In this document: one piece after another, positions 27,014 through 35,366 of the stretch
Numbering within the stretch: position 1 is the first letter of the stretch
Layout of the letters: each line of letters begins with the position of its first letter
Virus record (IMG/VR): IMGVR_UViG_3300042868_005134
Coordinates: 62,001 to 126,000 of that record
DNA: 64,000 nt
Reading direction: 5' to 3' (one strand)
Translations under genes and position numbers: made by a program
The notes under the pieces: model-generated
What the model was told of the DNA's origin: nothing
Database searches by the model: none
The model's input: only the letters and a program-made list of their open reading frames with translations

Positions 27014-27274
27014 ATGTCTACAGTGTATAACGCAAACACAGCAAAAGCTAAAGTAATTTATTACAAAGACAAAGAGACATACAAGATTATCTTTGCTTTT
27101 AATGTACACAAAAAAGTAAAAGATAACGGGGACATTGTACACATGTTCCCTACACAAGCAAAATGCGCTTATGTAAGCGGAGATATTAACTACGAGACAC
27201 TACAAGCAGACAAAGAGCGCATTATAGAGCAAGCTAAAAAAACAATGCGCACAAACAGCGTGGAGTTTGTATAA
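27014..27274 (+). CDS. Early hypothetical protein
   Basis: Promoter plus SD AAGGAA. Confidence 0.8.
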   Translation: MSTVYNANTAKAKVIYYKDKETYKIIFAFNVHKKVKDNGDIVHMFPTQAKCAYVSGDINYETLQADKERIIEQAKKTMRTNSVEFV

Positions 27275-27365
27275 CCCTTCAGCCCGTAAGGGCTTTTTAT
27301 AGCACACTTGACATTTTGACTAGAGTGCGCTATAATAAGTTTTTAACAAGCACTAGGAGCGAACT

Positions 27366-27767
27366 ATGCAAATCTTTACTACACTACACACCGACGGCAT
27401 GGGCTATTGGAGTCGCACTGCTACAGCAGTAGACATTACCAAATTGGACTTGCAGTACATTAACAACGAGAGAGACTTCGGCGAGCTGTGTGTATACTTT
27501 ACAACAGACGAGCTGGGATGCAATTGCTGGGAAACTGAAGTTGACGGTCTCATTTACACAGACAAACTGTTTATGACTGAGCTACGTGCTTATTTGCAAA
27601 CAATTGGTTTCTCTGAAGCAGAAGCCGACGACGTTAGCTACAGCGAGCAGGGCATGCAGGGAGACGAGTACGTTAGCTGTGACGTGGGAGCTGTGTTTAT
27701 AGCGGGCTTGGAGCGTTTGGACCCTGCGCATGTTGCAGCAGTATACAAGGAGTGCGAGGATGTTTAA
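27366..27767 (+). CDS. Early hypothetical protein
   Basis: Promoter plus GGAGCGAA; GLIYTD and YSEQGMQG motifs. Confidence 0.85.
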   Translation: MQIFTTLHTDGMGYWSRTATAVDITKLDLQYINNERDFGELCVYFTTDELGCNCWETEVDGLIYTDKLFMTELRAYLQTIGFSEAEADDVSYSEQGMQGDEYVSCDVGAVFIAGLERLDPAHVAAVYKECEDV

Positions 27768-27945
27768 CGACAAGCAAAACAAACTGATGCTGGCGGCTGT
27801 CGAAGCATTACACAAAGCAGACGCATTAATGCAAGAGGCACTAGGTGCCAGCGACGAGTGCTACGACTTACACTGCGGCATCGAAAGCATGGCCGACGAC
27901 CTGCTTGAGCTTATACAAGAGAACAACCCTGCGGAGATGGAATGA
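27760..27945 (+). CDS. Early hypothetical protein
   Basis: Start MFNDKQ with SD. Confidence 0.7.
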   Translation: MFNDKQNKLMLAAVEALHKADALMQEALGASDECYDLHCGIESMADDLLELIQENNPAEME

Positions 27946-28178
27946 CACGTACACAAATAGACGAGGCACTACAGTGGGCGGGCGCTGCAGCAATCATTGC
28001 GGGCCATGTGCTTAACGCTGTAGGGCCCAGCATGTACCCCTACAATATTGCTGTGTTCGCTGTGGGCACAGTACTATTTTTGACGTGGGCCGCGCGAGTG
28101 CGCAATGTACCGCAGGCCGTTGTCAACGTTGTAGCATTGACCATTGGGCTAGTAGGGTTATACAACGCATACAGTTGA
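27942..28178 (+). CDS. Small three-TM membrane protein
   Basis: Hydrophobic; YPYNI motif. Confidence 0.75.
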   Translation: MTRTQIDEALQWAGAAAIIAGHVLNAVGPSMYPYNIAVFAVGTVLFLTWAARVRNVPQAVVNVVALTIGLVGLYNAYS

Positions 28179-28230
28179 CATTTTGGGCAGGGCCTGTTAT
28201 AATACATACATAGCAACAAAGGAGCACACG

Positions 28231-28386
28231 ATGAGAGACGTAATACTAGCAAAGCTGGCAGAGGTAGAAGACTTGCTACAGGCTGCAACGCTGGACGGCG
28301 AGAGCTTGACAGAGATGGCGTGCTTTAGCGAACTAGAAGGTGCGCTTAACACACTAGTACAAGCGGTTGACTACTACGTAGATTGA
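28231..28386 (+). CDS. Early hypothetical protein
   Basis: Start MRDVIL after promoter plus GGAGC. Confidence 0.75.
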   Translation: MRDVILAKLAEVEDLLQAATLDGESLTEMACFSELEGALNTLVQAVDYYVD

Positions 28387-28421
28387 TGCTATAATTAAGA
28401 CTTATTAACAAGGAGCGAACC

Positions 28422-28688
28422 ATGTTAGACATTAGTAAAATTGCCAAAGTGTACAGCGGCAAGCTGGGCACCTGTATGTGCGGATGCGCCGGCAAGTACA
28501 GCTACACGGCAGAAGGTGCTGTGTCAGACAACCCGGGCTATGACGTAAGCGACAGCGTGAACGAGCGCAGTGTACGCATTATCGCTGGCAAGGTCATTGG
28601 CAATGCCAATGCAGTCAACGACGGCAACTTTGTTTATGTAGAGGATGGCAATCGCATCCGTGTTGTTTATTTTAAGGAGCAAGCATGA
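28422..28688 (+). CDS. Early hypothetical protein with CMCGCAG motif
   Basis: Promoter plus GGAGCGAA. Confidence 0.85.
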   Translation: MLDISKIAKVYSGKLGTCMCGCAGKYSYTAEGAVSDNPGYDVSDSVNERSVRIIAGKVIGNANAVNDGNFVYVEDGNRIRVVYFKEQA

Positions 28689-28939
28689 AAGTATCCCAAC
28701 TCATAGAGCAGTTGCAGGACATGAATCCCGAAGCAGACGTACACTTTGCCTATAACTATGGCGACCACTGGCGTACAGAGGTAGCCCCTAGTGTAGGCCG
28801 TGTTGACGAGGGTGCAGTAGTCTACAGCGAGTACCACCGCATGGACAAGATACTTGACGCTGACGGCGACTGCGAGTTTGACGATGACGGCAATGAAGTT
28901 GTCGATGAGTCCACACGCCGCGTAGTGGTATTGAGTTGA
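28685..28939 (+). CDS. Early hypothetical protein
   Basis: MKVSQLIEQLQ..NPEADV; GGAGC. Confidence 0.8.
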   Translation: MKVSQLIEQLQDMNPEADVHFAYNYGDHWRTEVAPSVGRVDEGAVVYSEYHRMDKILDADGDCEFDDDGNEVVDESTRRVVVLS

Positions 28940-28992
28940 CATAGTGAGCAAGTGAACGTATACTATAGACTAAGTTAACAAAAGGAGCAGAG

Positions 28993-29247
28993 ATGATTAC
29001 AGCAGACACACTTGAAGCATTGACTACATACAGCCCACAGTTCCTAACTCGTGCGGCACAGAACGCAGGATACAAGGGCCCGGAGTTCAGCTCTTGTAAG
29101 TTCATTGGCATTACCAATGGTGGTCAGTTCTGCTACACTGCTGTCTTTCATGTGAAAGGCGGCACTGACAGCACAAAGATCTTCTTGTCCTATGACCATG
29201 CTGAGGACAAGGTTATTGCTGACTACCATTTGACAGAGTTGGCATAA
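28993..29247 (+). CDS. Early hypothetical protein
   Basis: Promoter plus GGAGC. Confidence 0.8.
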   Translation: MITADTLEALTTYSPQFLTRAAQNAGYKGPEFSSCKFIGITNGGQFCYTAVFHVKGGTDSTKIFLSYDHAEDKVIADYHLTELA

Positions 29248-29264
29248 GGCGTTATAATTGAAGC

Positions 29265-29440
29265 ATATTAAGTAAAAAGGTTACCTACACCGTTAGGGAC
29301 TGTAAGAGAGGAGCACAGAGGGCACTCTACGCAATCTTACAGTCCATGAAATAGGGCAATAATGCCTGGAGACGCGGCGGAGTATGTAGGAAGTAATGAC
29401 CGTCAAGGCCCGTGAGAGATGCGCTTACAGGTAGACATAG
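29265..29440 (+). ncRNA. Candidate structured ncRNA occupying a promoter cassette
   Basis: Promoter 29230-29258 with no ORF; 11-bp stem 29297-29307/29335-29345; outer stem CCTACA/TGTAGG. Confidence 0.55.
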
Positions 29441-29501
29441 ATTGACAATGGTTCCTTTTTATGTTATAATACATACATCAACAACGCAATAGGAGCGAAC
29501 T

Positions 29502-29711
29502 ATGTCAGCATTGGTAGAAGGCAAAGTGGTTAATGTTGGAGACTACGTGGGCTTTAAATCAGACATCGAGCAGTACGGCAAAATTGTAGAGATCAAACAG
29601 AGCTACATGGGTGCCAGCCTAGTACTAGAGAACGCAAGTGGCTTCTCTGGGGGCTACATAGGCGGGCAAACAATAACCACAGAGCTAGCCAGGGATTGTT
29701 GGATTGATTGA
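29502..29711 (+). CDS. Early hypothetical protein (SH3-like pattern)
   Basis: VGDYVGFKSDIEQYGKI; GGAGCGAA. Confidence 0.85.
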   Translation: MSALVEGKVVNVGDYVGFKSDIEQYGKIVEIKQSYMGASLVLENASGFSGGYIGGQTITTELARDCWID

Positions 29712-29764
29712 CACAACGCCTAATTCATTGTATAATATACACTTACACACACTAGGAGCACACA

Positions 29765-30202
29765 ATGGGAACACGAAGCACAATCGCATTGGAATTCGCA
29801 GACGGCACAGTAGAGCAAGTCTACTGCCACTGGGACGGCTATCTTGAGCACAACGGCAAAATCCTTGCTGAACACTATAGCGACCCGTTTGTTCTGCAGA
29901 AGCTGATTGACTTGGGTGATATGTCCAGCTTGGGCGAGCGCATTGGCACACAGCACGCCTTTGAAAAAGCTCCCGAAGGCGAGTGTACTTTCTACAAGCG
30001 AGATCGCAACGAAGACGGGTGCGGCAAGAAGTCGTTCGTTGACTTCCAGGACTATTTGGCTCATCACCAGTATGAGGAATACGACTACATCCTGCGCAAC
30101 ATTAACGGCAAGGCCACTTGGTTCGTATCGGATCATGACGGAGCCTATGTTGAATTGACGCAGGCTATTATGGACAAACAAGACAACGAGGCCACAGCAT
30201 GA
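29765..30202 (+). CDS. Conserved phage hypothetical protein
   Basis: MGTRS...YCHWDGY...EEYDY. Confidence 0.85.
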   Translation: MGTRSTIALEFADGTVEQVYCHWDGYLEHNGKILAEHYSDPFVLQKLIDLGDMSSLGERIGTQHAFEKAPEGECTFYKRDRNEDGCGKKSFVDFQDYLAHHQYEEYDYILRNINGKATWFVSDHDGAYVELTQAIMDKQDNEATA

Positions 30203-30255
30203 CAGGTTTCAACAGCAAACGGGCCATGGCCCAGGACAAACTTAAGGAGCAGGAT

Positions 30256-30432
30256 ATGAGCAAAATGGCAGAACTGGCATACGACATTGAGCAACTGTAC
30301 ATTGACGGCTTCAACAGTCGAGCAATCGCAGAGGAACTTGGTTGCCCACTTGAGATTGTATTGGGTGCGCTGGCTGAGATGAATGTGGAGGATGCTGAGC
30401 CCTTTGATCCTTACGCAACTGTAAACAGTTAA
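30256..30432 (+). CDS. Small HTH-like early protein
   Basis: Start MSKMAEL after AAGGAGC; SRAIAEELGCPLEIV. Confidence 0.75.
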   Translation: MSKMAELAYDIEQLYIDGFNSRAIAEELGCPLEIVLGALAEMNVEDAEPFDPYATVNS

Positions 30433-30433
30433 T

Positions 30434-30500
30434 GCCACCGTCCGGGCCACTAGGCCTTGCAACTCGCCCTGGCACTTCGCCCGGACTGTGTGGCTTTTTT
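30434..30500 (+). terminator. Long hairpin terminator with large internal insert
   Basis: GCCAC-CGTCCGGGC...GCCCGGAC-TGTGTGGC followed by TTTTTT. Confidence 0.65.
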
Positions 30501-30569
30501 ACAACACTGTGATTTGACACTTTGAGCTTTTGGTTGTATAATTAACACATAGACAGCAAGGAGCACACA

Positions 30570-30713
30570 GTGAAGATTGTAATCAAAGTACCAAAGAAGC
30601 ACAGAGAGCATTTTGTTCTCTTTGCCCAAAATACACCCTTCAAGCAAAAGGTTGTGGAGAGCAAGATCAAATACAAACGTCAACCCAAACACCGAGGCAA
30701 ACACAATGATTGA
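30570..30713 (+). CDS. 47-aa basic peptide, ArfA-like (not in ORF track)
   Basis: GTG start after promoter plus GGAGC; MKIVIKVPKKHREHFVLFAQNTPFKQKVVESKIKYKRQPKHRGKHND. Confidence 0.65.
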   Translation: MKIVIKVPKKHREHFVLFAQNTPFKQKVVESKIKYKRQPKHRGKHND

Positions 30714-30924
30714 GATCCAAGGATTTAGCCCTAAGCAAAAGGCACTGGCAGACATCATGTGGGCCATCAGCACCAAGGAAGGCGTTGATGCGTTCATCGC
30801 AACCCTGCCAAAGGCAGAGCGCCGTGAGTGCGAATTGGTTAAAGAGATGTTGGTCTTGGCCTTCCTGGACGATATTGTTAATACCCAGGAAGCTGACATG
30901 GTTATTGACAAGTTTCGTCTTTGA
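30706..30924 (+). CDS. Early hypothetical protein
   Basis: Start MIEIQGFS. Confidence 0.75.
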   Translation: MIEIQGFSPKQKALADIMWAISTKEGVDAFIATLPKAERRECELVKEMLVLAFLDDIVNTQEADMVIDKFRL

Positions 30925-30965
30925 TGTTATAATACATACTTACACACAGCAACTAGGAGCAACAC

Positions 30966-31235
30966 ATGAAAGCACTACAAGAGTTCATTGCCCAGAAGAA
31001 TCACTGGAATTCATTCTTCAAAGGCGAGCAGTATGAGATTGCCACTGCCAAAGGTCGTCAGCGTGTGGCAGACATGATTGATTCAGCTTTGAGCCCAGAG
31101 AACTTGACCTGCGATGGCGAACTGAGCCGCACAGAAGTCAATCGACGCTACAAGGAACTGATGACTGCGGCCAAGCAGTTGAAGAAGTTGGATCCTAAGG
31201 TTTCTTTCTACGAATACGATGCGGAGGTGGCATGA
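30966..31235 (+). CDS. Early hypothetical protein
   Basis: LSPENLTCDGE motif; promoter plus GGAGC. Confidence 0.85.
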   Translation: MKALQEFIAQKNHWNSFFKGEQYEIATAKGRQRVADMIDSALSPENLTCDGELSRTEVNRRYKELMTAAKQLKKLDPKVSFYEYDAEVA

Positions 31236-31408
31236 TGCCAGTGGCGTTGGAAAGCAACATCCCAATCGAAGAGCTCGAGTTGGTTCGAGCTGAGTATCGC
31301 AACAAAGGCATCAGGATCCGAGTGCGGTATCGTGGTCCTAGACATGATTGGATGCGATTGTATTGTTTGAAGCGGAACGCCCGTGCGTTCAGTGTTTATC
31401 TTAAATAA
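31232..31408 (+). CDS. 58-aa basic protein (not in ORF track)
   Basis: MMPVALESNIPIEEL...RVRYRGPR...AFSVYLK; SD GGAGG. Confidence 0.7.
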   Translation: MMPVALESNIPIEELELVRAEYRNKGIRIRVRYRGPRHDWMRLYCLKRNARAFSVYLK

Positions 31409-31417
31409 GGAGCAACT

Positions 31418-32044
31418 ATGCCTAATTGGTGCAACAACTCAGTGGTTCTAAAACACAACGACCCAGCCATGATTGAACGGGCCCGCAAGGCTTTCAATGG
31501 CGAAGGCCTGCTACAAGAGTTCATTCCAGTGCCGCAGGCTCTGCGTGACACGGTGTCAGGCAGTATGGGCGAGGACAAGCGAGAAGCACACGAAGCACAA
31601 CAAAAAGCCAATGTGGAACAGTATGGCTACGCTAACTGGTATGACTTCTGTGTCAACGAGTGGGGTACCAAGTGGGAGATTGGTGCTGATGGTAATCCAG
31701 CACAGGACATCCCGGGTGGATTGATGTTGGGCTTTGATTCAGCATGGAGTCCTCCTATTGCGGCTTACGAGAAGCTCTTGGAGATGGGCTTCGAGATCGA
31801 AGCCATGTATTACGAACCAGGCATGGCTTATGCCGGCGTCTGGGACAATGGCCACGATGACTACTACGAGTATGGTGGACTGGACAGCGCAGGCATTGCT
31901 GAAACTTTGCCCGCAGAACTAGACGAGGCCTTTGGCATTAGCGAAAGTGTCGCAGAGTGGGAAGCAGAGCAAGAAGAAGAAAACATCGACATCGATCTTG
32001 ATGGCGGGTTGAGTGCTATTAACGAACAGGAACAACAAAAATGA
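31418..32044 (+). CDS. DUF1281/YubB-like ferredoxin-fold protein
   Basis: MPNWCNN, WYDFC..WGTKW, FDSAWSPP, YYEPG. Confidence 0.8.
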   Translation: MPNWCNNSVVLKHNDPAMIERARKAFNGEGLLQEFIPVPQALRDTVSGSMGEDKREAHEAQQKANVEQYGYANWYDFCVNEWGTKWEIGADGNPAQDIPGGLMLGFDSAWSPPIAAYEKLLEMGFEIEAMYYEPGMAYAGVWDNGHDDYYEYGGLDSAGIAETLPAELDEAFGISESVAEWEAEQEEENIDIDLDGGLSAINEQEQQK

Positions 32045-32172
32045 AGACTAATCGACAACTTAACAAAGACCATGCGGGTCGCGAACTGCTTAAGGTTCGT
32101 CCCAAACAACCAGCTTGGGATTTCAAATCATTAGAGGCCGTGATTCGTCAGTGGATCACGCAGGCTAAATGA
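32041..32172 (+). CDS. 43-aa hypothetical peptide (not in ORF track)
   Basis: ATGA overlaps at both ends. Confidence 0.55.
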   Translation: MKTNRQLNKDHAGRELLKVRPKQPAWDFKSLEAVIRQWITQAK

Positions 32173-32426
32173 GCAGGCTAGCACTCTACGGTAGACCATA
32201 TGTGGTGTTCGATGCTACCAATCGAGAGCACAGACAATGGTTCGCCAACTTCAACAAGTCGGGTGCGTGGGGCAACTGTCCGGTTCGTTTTGTAGTTGAT
32301 GACGACCATGGCGATTTGATTACCATGATTCAAAGGCATTTGATCCAGTTCTATGTGGACAAAGAGTTCGCCAAGGATCGGGTGCGCCCAAAAAGTGTTG
32401 TGAAAACACAACGGAAAAAGACTTAG
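32169..32426 (+). CDS. Hypothetical protein
   Basis: RPYVVFDATNREHR...WGNCPVRF. Confidence 0.75.
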   Translation: MSRLALYGRPYVVFDATNREHRQWFANFNKSGAWGNCPVRFVVDDDHGDLITMIQRHLIQFYVDKEFAKDRVRPKSVVKTQRKKT

Positions 32427-32492
32427 GATTGAGTTGACAGGTTAGGGTTTTGGCAGTATAATTACTACTTCAACAACGCAATAGGAACTAAG

Positions 32493-32822
32493 ATGCTCGC
32501 ACTAGACAACATTGAAAGCGTACACAACATGGCTACCCAAGCGGCTGCAAAAGCCACTGAGGACTTCCTTGCCAAACACGGTGACCGAGACGCTTGTGGT
32601 TTTGCTTGGGTCACAGTCTACGAGAAGGGCTCAACCAAGTTGGGTCGCGCATTGAAGGCAGTGGGCTTCAAGCCTGCATACGGCGGCGGACTTCAGCTGT
32701 GGAATCCAAGCGGTAGCTGGACCCAGTGTATCACTGCCAAGGAAGAAGGCGCAGAGGCCTACGCAAAGGTGCTTCAGTCTTTTGGTATTGAGAAGGCTTA
32801 CGCAGGGTCCAGAATGGACTAA
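32493..32822 (+). CDS. Early hypothetical protein
   Basis: ACGFAWV...KEEGAEAYA...SRMD. Confidence 0.85.
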   Translation: MLALDNIESVHNMATQAAAKATEDFLAKHGDRDACGFAWVTVYEKGSTKLGRALKAVGFKPAYGGGLQLWNPSGSWTQCITAKEEGAEAYAKVLQSFGIEKAYAGSRMD

Positions 32823-32940
32823 ACGAATATGGTTTGGTTAGCCAAAAGACATTGACAATTGGCTAACCAGACTGTATAATAAGAACATGCTGAGAAGATA
32901 GGCTTTGAGGCATTAATTTTACACACAGAGGAAATTTAAA

Positions 32941-33297
32941 ATGGCTACAGATAAATTGTTTACGGTTGCTGGTACTTCAGCTCTCAATGGCGTGACCAAG
33001 GTGCGCTTTGCTAACGATCAGATGCGAGTCAAAGTACTTGCCAAGTCTGGTCATACAGATATCAACCTCGTCGAGCTTCCTGAAGCTATGACCAAGTTGG
33101 ACGCAGTCAAGTTCATTAAGAACCTTGATGAGTTCACCAATGTGGTTGAGCAAGTGGCAATTGCCGACTATCTGGATCGCAAGGATGAAGCTCCTGCCAA
33201 GGTTGTTGCCAAAGTCAAGACAGCTCCTGTCAAGACTAAAGCTGCTCCTAAGGCCAAGGCAGTGTCAACTGAAGGCATGGAAGACGCTCCGTTCTAA
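32941..33297 (+). CDS. Hypothetical protein with Lys/Ala-rich tail (possible nucleoid-binding protein)
   Basis: FTVAGTS..KVRFAND; PAKVVAKVKTAPVKTKAAPKAKA. Confidence 0.8.
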   Translation: MATDKLFTVAGTSALNGVTKVRFANDQMRVKVLAKSGHTDINLVELPEAMTKLDAVKFIKNLDEFTNVVEQVAIADYLDRKDEAPAKVVAKVKTAPVKTKAAPKAKAVSTEGMEDAPF

Positions 33298-33335
33298 ACT
33301 GCCGCACCGTATCGCACACTGAGATAATTACTAGT

Positions 33336-33518
33336 ATGCGATACGGTGTTTCATTTTCGGACGATTACATGGGCGGGTGCGTGGTCATCCGTGATTTCAA
33401 AAGCGAACCAGTTGGGCGGGTGCTCTGCTGTATAGTTCGTGACAATAGGTACGAAGCTGAACAAACAGCACAATACCTGTGCGATTTACTCAACAAAGAT
33501 TTAAACAATCAATCATGA
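33336..33518 (+). CDS. Hypothetical protein
   Basis: ORF coupled to the next gene. Confidence 0.55.
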   Translation: MRYGVSFSDDYMGGCVVIRDFKSEPVGRVLCCIVRDNRYEAEQTAQYLCDLLNKDLNNQS

Positions 33519-33706
33519 GCAACTGGGTTCAATACGAAGTATGGTCCGAGGATGGTAGCGGGCAATCGGAACTGATAGACACTACCGCAAGCAGAAAAGA
33601 TGCTTTAAGCATCGCAGAGCGAACACACCGAGAAACAAATGCCATTGTCACTGTCTATGAAGAGACTGTGGACGGTGATTATGAATTGATCAAAGAGTTT
33701 AGTTAA
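33515..33706 (+). CDS. Hypothetical protein
   Basis: Start MSNWVQY (ATGA overlap). Confidence 0.65.
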   Translation: MSNWVQYEVWSEDGSGQSELIDTTASRKDALSIAERTHRETNAIVTVYEETVDGDYELIKEFS

Positions 33707-33712
33707 GATATC

Positions 33713-33797
33713 GCGACTGTGGTGAAATAGGTAGACACAAGAGACTTAAAATCTCTCGCCGAAGGGTGTACCGGTTCGATTCCGGTCAGTCGCACCA
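33713..33797 (+). tRNA. tRNA-Leu(TAA)
   Basis: Cloverleaf, AGAGA-CTTAAAA-TCTCT anticodon arm, long variable arm, GGTTCGA, encoded CCA. Confidence 0.95.
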
Positions 33798-33801
33798 TTT
33801 A

Positions 33802-33879
33802 GGGCCGTTAGCTCATGTTGGTTAGAGCAGTGGACTCATAATCCATTGGTGCTGTGTTCGACTCACAGACGGCCCACCA
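33802..33879 (+). tRNA. tRNA with CAT anticodon, most likely Ile2 (lysidine)
   Basis: GGTTAGAGCAG..GACTCATAATC..TTGGT resembles the bacterial Ile2 pattern; encoded CCA. Confidence 0.88.
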
Positions 33880-33882
33880 TAT

Positions 33883-33959
<77 letters not shown>

Positions 33960-34026
33960 ATACCCATTCGGTTGACAGGGTCTTTGTTTGGTGCTATAAT
34001 ACATACATCGCAACAAGGAGCAGGAC

Positions 34027-34242
34027 ATGGGATACAAGGTAATCGCTGGCAAGGACGAAATGGACATGATGCGAGTCAAATACGGTGCTCGTCCTGGACT
34101 AGAAGGTCCTTTCAACTTCTCGGGCAGAGTGTTGTATTACTGCAACAAGGAAGGCGCCTACTACGATCCTACCACAGACTTTTTTGTAGAGGACAGCGAA
34201 ATGACCCTGATCCGTGATGGGTTTTTGAAACAGTTCGCTTGA
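34027..34242 (+). CDS. Early hypothetical protein
   Basis: GLEGPF...LYY..KEG.YYDPTTDF. Confidence 0.85.
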   Translation: MGYKVIAGKDEMDMMRVKYGARPGLEGPFNFSGRVLYYCNKEGAYYDPTTDFFVEDSEMTLIRDGFLKQFA

Positions 34243-34299
34243 CAGGTTGCCCAAATGGCAGTATAATAAACACATACACAGCAACAAGGAGCGAACCAA

Positions 34300-34617
34300 A
34301 TGGCTAAACTATTAATCACTACACAGGTTTACGAGAACTACGGTGCCCATGACTGGGACGGAGAGGGCGAGTGCCCACAGTACTGGAAAGCCAAAGGCGG
34401 CAATGACTATGTGGTCAAGAAGTTCAAAGGCAGCTCTGCTGATGCTACCTTGGCAGTCATGTGCCTGCGAGCACAGATTGAAAGCGACAACGACCACTTC
34501 CGCGAAACGGTAATCGACTTCCGCATTGTCAAGGACGACTACCTTACAGAGTTCGAGCAAAGCCAGATGGACTACGAAGGCTCCATTCGCTACCCAGCCA
34601 AGGAGCTGGCATGGTAA
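34300..34617 (+). CDS. Early hypothetical protein
   Basis: TQVYENYGAHDWDG...YWKAKGG; GGAGCGAA. Confidence 0.85.
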   Translation: MAKLLITTQVYENYGAHDWDGEGECPQYWKAKGGNDYVVKKFKGSSADATLAVMCLRAQIESDNDHFRETVIDFRIVKDDYLTEFEQSQMDYEGSIRYPAKELAW

Positions 34618-34700
34618 ATCCGGCAATCATCAACTTGGCCATTGTGCTCATGCCCGTATGGATCATGCTCGTAGCAATCATCATAGAGGAGATCATGTAA
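34611..34700 (+). CDS. 29-aa hydrophobic peptide (not in ORF track)
   Basis: MVNPAIINLAIVLMPVWIMLVAIIIEEIM; SD AAGGAGC. Confidence 0.5.
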   Translation: MVNPAIINLAIVLMPVWIMLVAIIIEEIM

Positions 34701-34885
34701 TGGATCAAACAATGCGAGTTATTCCCACAGTGGGCGAAGTGGGCTTGGACACAGAAGCCAGCCCGGGCAACGGTTCCTTCTATGTGCGTCTCTACGATGG
34801 ATCCTACGATATGTGTGGCTTTGACACCATTGAAGAAGCCTACGAAGATTTGGTTGACATCGCCAGCAATCGACAGTATAATTAA
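34700..34885 (+). CDS. Early hypothetical protein
   Basis: Start MDQTMRV, SD GAGGAG. Confidence 0.65.
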   Translation: MDQTMRVIPTVGEVGLDTEASPGNGSFYVRLYDGSYDMCGFDTIEEAYEDLVDIASNRQYN

Positions 34886-34910
34886 CACATAAACAAACAA
34901 GGAGCGAACG

Positions 34911-35150
34911 ATGTTTGATAAAGTAACATTTTATACCGTACACGGCAAAAGCTATGCGCAGAAGCATGGCAACCCATTTGACCGTGGCAGTGCCGACAGC
35001 TACTACGGTCGCCCACGTCAGCCACATCAGGGCGGTGTTGGTGGCGGCAGTGGCCCTCGCGTCACAGAGCTCACAGTGGATGAGCAGGAAGCATACCATG
35101 CGGGCTACGACTACAATGAAGCCACTGGCGACAAGAAGAATTGGTATTAA
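34911..35150 (+). CDS. Early hypothetical protein
   Basis: HGNPFDRGSADSYYGR..PH; GGAGCGAA. Confidence 0.85.
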   Translation: MFDKVTFYTVHGKSYAQKHGNPFDRGSADSYYGRPRQPHQGGVGGGSGPRVTELTVDEQEAYHAGYDYNEATGDKKNWY

Positions 35151-35193
35151 CCTTTCGGTTGACTGGGTCTTTATTTGATGCTATAATTAACAC

Positions 35194-35305
35194 AAGAAGA
35201 AGATAAAAGGTGATCCTCGTATGTAAGAACCCAGCTGAAAGGCAAAAAGGGTTGTAACCAAGGGATCCTAAGAGAGTTTGGAGACTCTGCCCATTATGTA
35301 GTTAG
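35194..35305 (+). ncRNA. Second candidate structured ncRNA in a promoter cassette
   Basis: Promoter 35159-35187 with no ORF; nested stems GATCC/GGATC, AACCC/GGGTT, GCT-GAAA-GGC, AGAGTTT/AGACTCT. Confidence 0.5.
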
Positions 35306-35366
35306 GTTGACAACTAGCCAAATTAGTTGTATAATTAACACTTACACACACTAGGGAGCGACCCAA

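Noticed and set aside
29265-29440. Hammerhead or other known ribozyme/riboswitch
   Set aside because: No CUGANGA/GAAA core or other consensus recognisable by eye; left as an unclassified ncRNA.
33802-33879. Initiator tRNA-fMet
   Set aside because: Has a paired G1-C72 and lacks the three G-C pairs in the anticodon stem; resembles Ile2.
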